A DNA stretch of 63,874 bases, counting the filler. It is 5 parts of 5 records of this genome, joined end to end, with 100 filler letters (N's around TTAATTAATTAA, not from the genome) between each part and the next. Parts side by side here need not be neighbours in the genome. Positions count along the whole stretch, not along the records: positions 1 to 15,838 come from DRR723986_4034; 4 more parts are not named here. The stretch is one strand, 5' to 3'. The translations under genes were made by a program, and so were the position numbers. Positions 1 to 9,119 of this stretch are shown piece after piece. The notes below the pieces were generated by a model. It had not been told where the DNA came from and did no database searches. It saw only the letters and a list, made by a program, of their open reading frames with translations. Numbering within the stretch: position 1 is the first letter of the stretch; each line of letters starts with the position of its first letter.

Positions 1-1173
1 TTCACCGGTGAACGACATGAAGACGACCGTGCGATGTTCTTCTGCGTCCATCTTGGACAGGCGGTGAGCAACTTCCAGCAGTGAGACCGTACCGCTGCCG
101 TTATCGTCAGCACCGTTGTGGATCGCTGTGCTGCCAGCGGCAAGTGAACCGGCGCCGCCTCGGCCGACGTGGTCATAGTGAGCGCCAACGATGATTCGCT
201 CCTTGGCCAGTTCACCCTTTCCAGGAAGCACTGCAACCACGTTGCGGACATCGATCTTGGGACGCGTGATCAGCGTCTCGCCTTTGGCAACGACGCCTTC
301 GAATTCGAACGAACGCGGCTTCAGGTCAGTATCAACTCCCTTTTCCAGTTCGTCCAAGCTGCCTTTGCCGGCCGCCGCAAAAATCGGCTCAAGGAAGGCT
401 CGCGTCACTTGAATGGTAGGTATTTGAAGCAGGCGACTCGTTCGTCCAGCGCCACCCGCTGGGAGAAGCTGATCGCCATCGTCACTGGCAGCGGTGACGG
501 CATCGTTGACCATGATCATTGCCACGGCGCCCTGTTTCTTGGCGTTGGCGATCTTGGCGGTGAAGAAAGCATGCTTAGAACTGCGCGTTCCATCGAACTT
601 GCTGTTCTCGTCAAGCTGCTGGGGTTCTTTGCGAATCATGATGACCACTTTCCCCTTCGCATCGACGTCGGCGAAGTCATCGTAGTCGTGTTCGCTAGCG
701 GTGATGCCAAAACCTGCAAAGACCAACCCGCCTTCGAATTTGGCATTGTTGCCCAGGCCGAGTGCCGTGAATGCATCGCCTAGCTTGGCCTCAATCGTGT
801 CATCGCCATTGATGATGGAAAGCCGATTCGCTGGATCGACAGCGGCATAGGTTCCGTCGATTTGAAAATTCTGGAACGGTGAATCCCCGAAAATTTCTGT
901 TTCCATTCCGAGTTCTTTGTACCGAGCCACAATAAACTCGGCCGCTTTGCGGATTCCGGGGCTACCGCTATCACGCCCCTCGAGTTCGTCAGAGGCCAAG
1001 TATTCAAGGTCAGATCGCATCCGAGCGATTGAAGCTTCAGAGTCTTCCTGAGCAAGGGCAGTTGAGCAAAGGGTTGCTGCGGTGCCAACTAGGGCCAGGG
1101 TGGCCGTCGCACATAGCTTCATAGCAAGCAGCTTCGCTGGGACGATTCGGCGGGCAAGGTGCGGAAGGGGCAT
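1..1173 (-). CDS. M28 family metallopeptidase with signal peptide (3' end runs off the window)
   Basis: Not in the ORF track; translated by hand from ATG 1173: MPLPHLARR...LEYLASDELEGRDSGS...IIVGAHYDHVGRG...IHNGADDNGSGTVSLLEVA...VVFMSFTGE. These are the M28 zinc-ligand motifs. Confidence 0.9.
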   Translation of the reverse strand, partial: MPLPHLARRIVPAKLLAMKLCATATLALVGTAATLCSTALAQEDSEASIARMRSDLEYLASDELEGRDSGSPGIRKAAEFIVARYKELGMETEIFGDSPFQNFQIDGTYAAVDPANRLSIINGDDTIEAKLGDAFTALGLGNNAKFEGGLVFAGFGITASEHDYDDFADVDAKGKVVIMIRKEPQQLDENSKFDGTRSSKHAFFTAKIANAKKQGAVAMIMVNDAVTAASDDGDQLLPAGGAGRTSRLLQIPTIQVTRAFLEPIFAAAGKGSLDELEKGVDTDLKPRSFEFEGVVAKGETLITRPKIDVRNVVAVLPGKGELAKERIIVGAHYDHVGRGGAGSLAAGSTAIHNGADDNGSGTVSLLEVAHRLSKMDAEEHRTVVFMSFTGE

Positions 1174-1307
1174 GTCGAATCCTGGAAATCTTGTTGAAGT
1201 AGAGTATTGCAAAATGGGAAAGCCGCACTTCGGCGCTGGCGATAGCGCCTGGGTGCTCAGCAGGTCGGGCGTATTAAGGCAGGGCGTCTCGGTTGCATTG
1301 GAGCGTT

Positions 1308-2069
1308 CTAGTTCAAGCTCGCCTTGGCTCGGCGATAACATGCGTCGAGTCGCGACTGAACCAACTCAAGCATATCGTCATCGCTAAGGTGCTCAAACTC
1401 AGAGTACTCAATGGTAACACCAACACTGACACGTAGTGGCTGCCGATTCGGGAATTTTGCTCCCTTTGGCAACGCCTCATAGGCCCCAGTTATGGCGATG
1501 GGGATCAGTGGAACCTTGCAGCGCCGAGCTACGGCTAGGAATCCCGGCTTCAGACGCGCGATCTTTCCGTCGCTGGTCCGAGTTCCCTCGGGAAAGATCA
1601 AGACCTTACTTCCCGAGCGAACGCGGCGAATCGTCTCCTTCAGTCCCGCGAGCCCACTCCGATCCCGGTCCAGTTCAATTGCGTCCAAGAGCGAAATGAC
1701 AGCCCCAAAGACCCGATTGTTGAACAGGGTGCGGCGAGCGAGATAGTTGAGCTGCTCGTTGAATGTTGCCCCAATCAGGACGGGATCAAAGTGGCTCTGA
1801 TGGCTGCTCAAGATAAGAGCTCCGCCATCGACAATGGTGTGTTCACGGCCAAGACCACGAAACTCAAAAACGTTAACCGCAACAATTCTCGCGCTCAATC
1901 GAATGAATCGGTAAAATAGACTCTTCCCGACGCCCTTCTTGTGAGGCTGATTGCGCGCGTTCGATTTGGAGGCGCGAGTACGTTTCGACGCACGCCCTTC
2001 ATCAGTGCTTGCTGAAGAGCCGCTTGCTGAAGAGCCGCTGGACGATCCCGTGCCGGTAGTGGCGGTCAT
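1308..2069 (-). CDS. plsC: 1-acyl-sn-glycerol-3-phosphate acyltransferase (lysophospholipid acyltransferase family)
   Basis: SHQSHFD (HxxxxD) and FPEGTRT motifs; overlaps the cmk stop by 4 nt. Confidence 0.85.
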   Translation of the reverse strand: MTATTGTGSSSGSSASGSSASTDEGRASKRTRASKSNARNQPHKKGVGKSLFYRFIRLSARIVAVNVFEFRGLGREHTIVDGGALILSSHQSHFDPVLIGATFNEQLNYLARRTLFNNRVFGAVISLLDAIELDRDRSGLAGLKETIRRVRSGSKVLIFPEGTRTSDGKIARLKPGFLAVARRCKVPLIPIAITGAYEALPKGAKFPNRQPLRVSVGVTIEYSEFEHLSDDDMLELVQSRLDACYRRAKASLN

Positions 2070-2779
2070 TGGCTAGCTCGCTCTCCGGCGAAAGCGCCCG
2101 ATTCCTGCATGCGGTCTCTGATAATCCGTTCGAGCCTATCGACTACTTCCGCCAGCTCAATTCCGTCTGTGCAAAACTCCATTGCATCATCGGCCTTGCG
2201 AAGTGCACCCACGGGCCGAGCCATGTCGTCAGCGTCTCGCTGGTTCTGTTGCTCGAGAACTTCCTCAAAAGTCATCTCGATGCCGCGGGCAGACAGCTCA
2301 ACCTGGCGACGACGGGCGCGTTCTTCGCTGGTGGCGTACAAGTAAACCTTGCACGGCGAATCGAAGAAGACCTCCGTCCCTTGATCTCGGCCCTCGGTCA
2401 CCACGCACTTTCCCTCGGCCCAACGCCGCTGTGTGTCGCTCAGCACTTTACGCACGTCAACGTTATCAGCGATCGAGCCAATCGCCTTCGCCACTTCGGG
2501 GGTGCGAATCTCCTTGGAAACGTCCTGCCCGTTCAGCCGCACGCATTCAGGCGACAGCTCGATGGTCAGCCCCTCCGCCAACGCGGCAACTTGCCCTGCA
2601 TCGTGAGGATCGATCTTTGCCGACTGCACGGCGTGGGTCACGCATCGATACATGGCCCCGGTATCCAGGAATTCGAAGTCCAGTCGGCGAGCTAGTTCCT
2701 TCGCGACGGTACTCTTGCCTGCACCGGCTGGGCCGTCGATGGCGACGACGAAGCACGTTGATTTGGTTGTTTGGGTCAT
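2066..2779 (-). CDS. cmk: cytidylate kinase
   Basis: AIDGPAGAGKSTVA P-loop, LDTGAMYR, VTEGRDQGT, ERARRR. Confidence 0.95.
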   Translation of the reverse strand: MTQTTKSTCFVVAIDGPAGAGKSTVAKELARRLDFEFLDTGAMYRCVTHAVQSAKIDPHDAGQVAALAEGLTIELSPECVRLNGQDVSKEIRTPEVAKAIGSIADNVDVRKVLSDTQRRWAEGKCVVTEGRDQGTEVFFDSPCKVYLYATSEERARRRQVELSARGIEMTFEEVLEQQNQRDADDMARPVGALRKADDAMEFCTDGIELAEVVDRLERIIRDRMQESGAFAGERASQ

Positions 2780-2870
2780 GAATCCGTTGGAGCAGAATGG
2801 GATTTCAAGGACCCATCAAGTGTGTCCTCGTGTGCCAGCCGCCGGAATGCCCCGCCGACTAGCCCCAATT

Positions 2871-3812
2871 CTACTTACTAGACTCAGCAACGTAACCGGC
2901 GAGAAGACCAACCAGCAATCCACCAAGGTGACACAGGTCTGCCAGCGGCCAGTTCGGCACGACTTGAGAAAGGCCGATGACGATCGAGGCCACCGCAATG
3001 AAAAAGAAAGCCGGCGGAATGACGAAGCCAAACCTGGGATTGATCTGAGACCTTATCCAGACGTACCCCAGCAGCGCGTAGAGCACGCCTGAGATGCCAA
3101 CAAAATTGGGCCCTCCATACGGCTCAGGCACCAAGCCTTGTAGCAGAGCCGAGCCAACGGCAGCCGCCAAGACAAACAGGCCGTATCTGGGCGTTCCAAG
3201 CAGCCTCTCCAGGATGCGGCCGAGAATAACCACGCCAAACAAATTCATTGCCAAGTGGAGTGGACTTGCGTGCATGAACATCGGAGTGACCGCACGCCAG
3301 ACTTCGCCTTTCATGAGCGATGCCGCAGGATTCTGATTGGCTTGGTCGTAATCCGTCTTGGTGACGAAACAAAGCTGGTTTACGAGCCGAATTCCCCAGG
3401 TGTTGCCTTCGCTGGGCTGGGTGAACTGGGTTACTAAGCCGACCAAGATGCAAAGCACGAGCAGCGTCAGCGTCAGTGGTGGAAGACGTCCCCCCCCGCC
3501 AAAGGCACTCCTGCCCTGGGGCTGAACCTTCTGAATATTCTTTGCGGCTTCCTTGCGTTTCGTCTCTTGTTCTTGCAGGAGAGCTAACGCCTGTCCCATT
3601 GCCGCGTTGTAGCGAGGATTGTTCGGAGCACGGCGAAACTGCTGCAGTTCGCGGACCGCTTCGTCCAAGCGATCTTCGTCCTTGACCCACAATTCCCACT
3701 CATCTCGCTCCACAGAACCGGCTTCGATGTGGGTGGAGATTCCAATTGTGAGCAGATGGGCCACGAGCCGTTCTGCGTCTCGACGACCGCGAATTTCACC
3801 AAGGCAGCGCAT
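2871..3812 (-). CDS. rhomboid family intramembrane serine protease (GlpG-like, with soluble N-terminal domain)
   Basis: WRAVTPMFMH, HLAMN, GISG and CHLGGLLVG catalytic motifs. Start placed at ATG 3812 (MRCLGEI); the ORF-track extension to 4109 looks non-coding. Confidence 0.88.
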   Translation of the reverse strand: MRCLGEIRGRRDAERLVAHLLTIGISTHIEAGSVERDEWELWVKDEDRLDEAVRELQQFRRAPNNPRYNAAMGQALALLQEQETKRKEAAKNIQKVQPQGRSAFGGGGRLPPLTLTLLVLCILVGLVTQFTQPSEGNTWGIRLVNQLCFVTKTDYDQANQNPAASLMKGEVWRAVTPMFMHASPLHLAMNLFGVVILGRILERLLGTPRYGLFVLAAAVGSALLQGLVPEPYGGPNFVGISGVLYALLGYVWIRSQINPRFGFVIPPAFFFIAVASIVIGLSQVVPNWPLADLCHLGGLLVGLLAGYVAESSK

Positions 3813-4185
3813 GTTGGATTCGTGACTTCTGAGCAAGGAGTAATAATAGTTGTGCGGAGGTGAATCACCTGTAAGTTTCCGCAGATGGTATAAGACCGCT
3901 ACAACACGACCCCTGCGGGAACATGATAACCAATGCCCAACGGTGGAGTAGGTGGCGCAGCAGTCGGCAGTACCCACGCTCTCATGATACGTGCGCAGGC
4001 CAGCCACCTCGCTGCTCACTTGAAACCTACCACCCACCTGAAAGTTTGCGAAAAGATTGCGGGAAGCGCAGTCCGCGTCCCCACGGCCCAATTGCAAAGC
4101 TTCCGTCAAAATCGGAGCCAGGGCTTAGAAGAGCGAAAACGCGGTGCCAGAATCGATATCGGGGTTCACCAGATTCTGAGAACCG

Positions 4186-4758
4186 TCACGCAACGAGCTT
4201 GTTCCAATTGTCAAAGCAATTCTTCAGAATGCGTTGAACGGTGCGGATCGAAATATCGAGCGTCATCGCGATCTTGGCCGAACCGCAACCTTCCAGACGC
4301 ATCAGGATGACATTTCGCTCAGTTTCACTGGACAACCGTTGAAGGAGCGTCGCGAGAAGCTCCTCCGCTTCCAATCGCCCTTCTACCGGCATGCTGACAC
4401 CTGGTCCACCACCGCGATCGTTGTCATCAACTAGTGAGACCGCTCGAACGCCTCCACCACGCCGCTCGGCCCATAGCTTTCGATGCAGCGCGTTTGCTTT
4501 GCGGACAGCAATCGTACGCAACAACTTCCAGTGTGCATTCTCTCCGTCCAGATCCGGAAACTCACCCGCACGAGCTCGATTGACAAAGCTATTGAATGCA
4601 CTCAGAGCAATCTCACTTTCGTTCGCCACGCACTGCTGGATTTTGCTTACCCGACGAGAAATGGACTGCTTCAGCGGATCATAGTACTCGTCCCACAGTC
4701 GGTTTACCTCTTCGTCGCTCAACGGGGACGGCTCAGGTACTTCGTTTTCATCAGCCAT
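4186..4758 (-). CDS. ECF-type RNA polymerase sigma factor (planctomycete Sigma70_ECF type)
   Basis: LWDEYYDPL...ESEIALSAFNSF...FPDL...WKLLRTIAVRKA...RRGGG and C-terminal HTH KIAMTLDISIRTVQR; start at ATG 4758. Confidence 0.85.
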   Translation of the reverse strand: MADENEVPEPSPLSDEEVNRLWDEYYDPLKQSISRRVSKIQQCVANESEIALSAFNSFVNRARAGEFPDLDGENAHWKLLRTIAVRKANALHRKLWAERRGGGVRAVSLVDDNDRGGGPGVSMPVEGRLEAEELLATLLQRLSSETERNVILMRLEGCGSAKIAMTLDISIRTVQRILKNCFDNWNKLVA

Positions 4759-4855
4759 GGGATGGCACAGTGGATAGACGTTAAGAGGCAACAAGAAACT
4801 CGCAGGGCGAGAACAGCATACTAGCGTCGAGTCATGTAGCCAACTCGAATCGTTG

Positions 4856-6982
4856 CTAGTTTGCCGAAGTTATTGCCCATACAAGATCAAGCAACGCGGC
4901 TCGAGCGTTTCCATTGTGCTGCTGCAGCAGAGACTGGGCAAGAAATTGGATTCTGCCATCGCCAGTTGGCTGGGGCTGCAGCAACGCTACGTGACGGACA
5001 CGATCCGACCAACTCAACCGTTGCGAATCCAGCAAGCTGTCCACGTATTGCTCGGTTCGCTGCGCCGGACGCTCGCCGTAGAGTGCGAACGAAACAGGCA
5101 ATGCCTGCACGTTCTGCTTCGTCTGACGCTTCTTGCTGCTCTTACTGCCAAGCAGGTCCAGGTCGGGTTGCGCGAGAGTGATGCTCTCCTTTTCGCCTCG
5201 CAACGCCATTGCAATCCGCACGTTCTCTTCAAAGCTCTTCGAGTTATCAGTGGGAGCAGCGGCGGCGAAAACAGCCTGTTGCAACAACAACTCATCTAGC
5301 CTTTCCTGACTGGCTAGGCGAATTGTATCCAGTTGAAGGTCGGCACCAGTGCGCTCCATCACTTCGCTTGCCAGAATCCAAGTTGCTAGTCTCCGAACAT
5401 CGTGACCGGAAGCTCGGAACTCTTCCGCAAGCAACTCCTGAATATCTCGACGAGCCTGCAGGCCTGCCAAATCCGATATTGCAACTTGAGGGACGAGAGA
5501 ACGGCCCGCTAAGTACGCCCATACTTGGTTGACAATTGCCTGGTCAAACGCCTTCGAGCTTGCGACCCATTCGGCCAGTCCACGTCGAGGCGACACATCA
5601 TCCAGCTCACGCCAATTCGTTCCATCGGGGAGCACTGGTTGGGCTGCCCGCATACGCCCATCGAGTAGTTCGAAAAAGGCGGTCGGTGCTTTGGCCCCAG
5701 CAAAGAGTTCTTTTTGGCGATCGTAGACGAGCCGTTTGTCACCATCTCGAGCGACATTGATGCCCTTCAACAGAGCAATGAACGACCAGTAGTTTTCCTG
5801 CGTTGCCAAGTCGGATGACAAAGTTGCCGTCGAGTGTGAATCATGGCAACGCGCGCAGGCCAGTTGTGCGTTTAAGAAACTCGAACCCAACCGCTGCGCA
5901 AGTGTGTGGTTGCCATTGCCTGCCAGTCGTCCGACAAGAGCTCCAGCGGGCGTGCTTTCCCCGATTTCGCCGCCAAGGAGAGTCGACGCGACTTTTGCAA
6001 AGGAGTGCCCCCTGAAAATCGATGCCTGCAGAAAGCCTCGCAGCTCACGGCCTTCCGGCTGCTGAGCGATTCGATCTCCCAGCCAACTCTTGCTGAAATA
6101 CTGAGCGATGTCTTTCGAGAAACCGGGCGATTGCACCAAACTGCGAATGGCAGCCAACTTCCCAGTTGCATTTTGGGGTTTAGCAGAGAATCGCTCGGCC
6201 AGCTTCTGAACCAATATCGTGTCTTCCTCTGGCGGCGTTGGCTCAGCGCCGACGTCACTCCAAAGTGAACGCAGTGCGCCGTCCAAAGAAGCGACGATGG
6301 CGGCATCTGGTCGCGAACTTTCTAGCGTGATGATTGGTTCTGCATCCAGCTCGTTGGCGGCAATTTGCTCTCGATCGTCAAAAGGCAGGTTGTCGAGGTC
6401 GAGTTGTTGCGGCCGACCAGCATGGATCGGATCGTCCGAGTTCTCTTCGCCCGCATTCTTGTCGCCAGCCGCGATGGACGGCTCTAACGGTCGCGGTAAT
6501 CCGTCTCGGTCTGTCTTTTTGGCACTTTCCTCAGCATTGCCATTGATAAGCTCTGTGTTGCCGCCGTTGGCTAAGTTGGATTCGGAGCCTCCAAGGATGG
6601 CAAGGTTCGAAACCAGTGACCATCCGGCAACCGCTAGCAAGCCGACCGCAGACAAAGATAGAATCGCCCGCCACGCCGGACTGGACGCGCGGCTGGATGG
6701 ACGTGCGGAATCTTGAGCTGCTTCTTCAGGCGACGATGGAGCGGGACGAATGGGACGGGCATCAAATTCGTTGATCTTCCCAGCAGGCGTAGCCTTGACG
6801 AGCTCGGCCACAATCAAGGGCCGAGGAGCTGACTCTGAATTTTCCTCTGCAACCTGGGGGGCACCAGCTTGTTCCGACTCCCACGCCGAGAGTATCCTCT
6901 GCTTCAGGTCGGGCGGAGACTTGCCGCCCAGCGATTCCTCAAGCAAGGATTCAAGTATTTGATCTGTAAACGAACTCTTCAT
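4856..6982 (-). CDS. putative anti-sigma factor: N-terminal helical segment, one TM helix, degenerate DUF1549/DUF1553 domain with CxxCH
   Basis: N-terminus ILESLLEESLGGKSPPDLKQRIL; TM WRAILSLSAVGLLAVAGWSLV; LACARCHDSH, RRGLAEWV...VNQVWAYLAG and C-terminal LLDLVWAI match blocks of 9120-10802; lies directly downstream of an ECF sigma gene. Confidence 0.7.
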   Translation of the reverse strand: MKSSFTDQILESLLEESLGGKSPPDLKQRILSAWESEQAGAPQVAEENSESAPRPLIVAELVKATPAGKINEFDARPIRPAPSSPEEAAQDSARPSSRASSPAWRAILSLSAVGLLAVAGWSLVSNLAILGGSESNLANGGNTELINGNAEESAKKTDRDGLPRPLEPSIAAGDKNAGEENSDDPIHAGRPQQLDLDNLPFDDREQIAANELDAEPIITLESSRPDAAIVASLDGALRSLWSDVGAEPTPPEEDTILVQKLAERFSAKPQNATGKLAAIRSLVQSPGFSKDIAQYFSKSWLGDRIAQQPEGRELRGFLQASIFRGHSFAKVASTLLGGEIGESTPAGALVGRLAGNGNHTLAQRLGSSFLNAQLACARCHDSHSTATLSSDLATQENYWSFIALLKGINVARDGDKRLVYDRQKELFAGAKAPTAFFELLDGRMRAAQPVLPDGTNWRELDDVSPRRGLAEWVASSKAFDQAIVNQVWAYLAGRSLVPQVAISDLAGLQARRDIQELLAEEFRASGHDVRRLATWILASEVMERTGADLQLDTIRLASQERLDELLLQQAVFAAAAPTDNSKSFEENVRIAMALRGEKESITLAQPDLDLLGSKSSKKRQTKQNVQALPVSFALYGERPAQRTEQYVDSLLDSQRLSWSDRVRHVALLQPQPTGDGRIQFLAQSLLQQHNGNARAALLDLVWAITSAN

Positions 6983-7063
6983 CGTCTCGTTGTGTTCCAG
7001 ATAAGCCCACATGTACCGCAGGACCAATAACGACATTCAATCTGTCGATGTAACCGGGTGCAA

Positions 7064-7573
7064 TTAGCTCAACTTGGTTTGAACACACTCCTTCAATTGA
7101 GCTTTCGCTCGTTGTATTAAATTCTTGGCCCCATGTGTGGAGATTTCCAACGAGTCGGCAATCTCGGTCCGGGACGCATCACGGGCGTAACGTAAACGGA
7201 GCGCTTGCTGAGCTCGCTCCGTCAACCGATTCAGGCAGTCCGCGAGGGCGTCCAGGGCAATATTCCCTGTGTCGAATCCGGCCCAACGCATCCACGCCTG
7301 TTCAAATTGTTCGGCGTGTTCAGTCACCGTCATGCGCCCCTCTCGGCGACAACGTGAAATGAACATGTTGTGTGCAACTCTTCGTAAATAACTGGCCGTG
7401 GCAGCATCGGAATACTGCTGCATTGGCCTGCGCATGATCTCTAAAAATGTATCTTGAGTTAGGTCGTCGGCCGTGTTCGTGTCGGCTCCGAGAGCGCGCA
7501 GATACCGCCAGACCGTCTCTTGGTGGCGGTCAATCAACTGCGGCAGATCGAGCTCAACCTTGCTCTCGTTAAT
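7064..7573 (-). CDS. sigma-70 family ECF RNA polymerase sigma factor
   Basis: RHQETVWRYLRALG...ADDLTQDTF...YLRRVAHN (region 2); LRLRY...EIADSLEIS...KNLIQRAK (region 4). Start uncertain: ATT at 7573 behind an AAGGAG, or TTG at 7537. Confidence 0.9.
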   Translation of the reverse strand: MNESKVELDLPQLIDRHQETVWRYLRALGADTNTADDLTQDTFLEIMRRPMQQYSDAATASYLRRVAHNMFISRCRREGRMTVTEHAEQFEQAWMRWAGFDTGNIALDALADCLNRLTERAQQALRLRYARDASRTEIADSLEISTHGAKNLIQRAKAQLKECVQTKLS

Positions 7574-7673
7574 CGCTTTAGCTCCTTGCAGCGTCTTGCT
7601 GGCGAAGCAAACCTATCTCAATGGAATTCCCTACACGAACTGCTGACGGCGGGCGTTCTGTATTGCGGACCGC

Positions 7674-8948
7674 CTAAACCAGCCCCTCAATCAACTTGCC
7701 ACCGCCTGCGATTTTCATCGGCCGTCCACTCTTGCTCTGGTAAGTCGTCTTGAGCGATATTCCCAGGGCGTGGCATACCGTACTCATCAGGTCTTCTGCT
7801 GAATAGGGCTCGGTGATCACGCGGCGACCTTCGGGGTCCGTTTCACCAATGGCCAGCCCGCCGTTGAGTCCCGCTCCACCAGCAACGACGCTCCAAGAGC
7901 GAGCCCAGTGGTCGCGTCCCGCATTGCCGTTGATCGTTGGAGTTCTACCGAACTCGCCCATCCAAATGATTGCGGTGTCTTCCAGCAAGCCACGTTGCTC
8001 AAGGTCCTCAACCAGAGCGCTCATCGCGCGGTCCATATTCGGCAGGCGTTGATCCTTGAGTGTTGTGTGAATGTTCTGGTGATTGTCCCAGCCACCCAAG
8101 TCGACTTCGACGAACGGTACGCCAACCTCAACCAGACGGCGTGCCATTAAGCAGCCGCGACCGAATGCAGTGTCCCCGTATCGCTCGCGAACCGTCTCGG
8201 GCTCCTTGCTGACTTCAAAAGCTTCCATTTGTGCGCTGGTCATCAGATCGAATGTCTGCTTCAAGACCTTCATGTGATCTTCGGCCGCTGGACCGCGCCC
8301 TTGCGAAACAAATCCTCGCTCCAGAAAATCAAGCGTCTTCATTCGCTGGACCAAACGCGAATCATCGATCCCCATTTCCAAGTTGCGAATACGCCCGTCG
8401 CTGCTGACTGAAAACGGTGCCCAAGCCATCCCCAAGAATCCGGGGCCCGCACTCGCGCCACCGACAGAAATGAATGGAGGGATTTGCAGATCGTCACGTT
8501 CGGCCATCAACTCGTGCGCGATCACACTACCGTAGCTGGGGTGCTCGATACTCGGATTGGGCACAAAGCCGGTGTGCATGTAATAGCGACCGCGCTGGTG
8601 ATCCGCTTCTCGGGTGCTCATCGAACGGACGACCGACAAGTGCTTCATCTGCTTGGCAATCATCGGCATGTGCTCACAGATCTGAGCGTCGCCGGTTGTC
8701 GAGATCGGACGAAACGGTCCACCGGTGGCAGCACCGGGCTTGAGGTCCCACAAGTCAATCGTCGCCGGACCGCCACTCATCCACAGCAAGATGGCAGACT
8801 TGTTATTCTTGCGAAGTTCATCGGCACTAGCACGCAGGGTGTGACCCATCGCAAGCGACGATCCCATCAATGCACTCGCGCCAGCGGCGTGACGCAGGAA
8901 GTGACGACGATCCATTCCGGTTGGTGCTGGTCCGTTTAGCCAATGCAT
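7674..8948 (-). CDS. DUF1501 family protein with Tat signal
   Basis: MDRRHFLR twin-arginine signal; ILLWMSGGPATIDLWDLKP, CLMARRLVEVGVPFVEV, GWDNH, WMGEFGRTP, GRDHW. Confidence 0.9.
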   Translation of the reverse strand: MHWLNGPAPTGMDRRHFLRHAAGASALMGSSLAMGHTLRASADELRKNNKSAILLWMSGGPATIDLWDLKPGAATGGPFRPISTTGDAQICEHMPMIAKQMKHLSVVRSMSTREADHQRGRYYMHTGFVPNPSIEHPSYGSVIAHELMAERDDLQIPPFISVGGASAGPGFLGMAWAPFSVSSDGRIRNLEMGIDDSRLVQRMKTLDFLERGFVSQGRGPAAEDHMKVLKQTFDLMTSAQMEAFEVSKEPETVRERYGDTAFGRGCLMARRLVEVGVPFVEVDLGGWDNHQNIHTTLKDQRLPNMDRAMSALVEDLEQRGLLEDTAIIWMGEFGRTPTINGNAGRDHWARSWSVVAGGAGLNGGLAIGETDPEGRRVITEPYSAEDLMSTVCHALGISLKTTYQSKSGRPMKIAGGGKLIEGLV

Positions 8949-8994
8949 GGGATATTTCCTCGTTAGAGATCACTTTCCGGCGGTGCTACTTAAA

Positions 8995-9108
8995 GTAGCA
9001 GGCACACTCCGTGTGCCGTCCGCAGAAGTGTCGATATTCAGTTGTCACGGCACACGGAGTGTGCCTACTACTATGAAACTGTCACGGCACACGGAGTGTG
9101 CCTACTAC
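8995..9108. repeat. REP-like palindromic elements, 3 copies (one inverted, two tandem)
   Basis: GTAGCAGGCACACTCCGTGTGCCGT at 8995-9019; reverse-orientation ACGGCACACGGAGTGTGCCTACTAC at 9047-9071 and 9084-9108; GTAG end plus internal GGCACAC/GTGTGCC hairpin. Confidence 0.85.
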
Positions 9109-9119
9109 GATAACCCTGT

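Noticed and set aside
169-783. 204-aa plus-strand ORF
   Set aside because: Antisense shadow of the M28 peptidase, which has the recognisable motifs.
2007-2039. 15-bp tandem duplication in the plsC 5' end
   Set aside because: In-frame Ser/Gly low-complexity linker; no sign of a phase-variation role.
3813-4109. 99-aa N-terminal extension of the rhomboid ORF
   Set aside because: No recognisable protein features; ATG 3812 gives a normal GlpG-like N-terminus.
8995-9108. Possible mini CRISPR array
   Set aside because: One copy is inverted, the gaps are only 12-27 nt, and there are no cas genes; fits REP elements.
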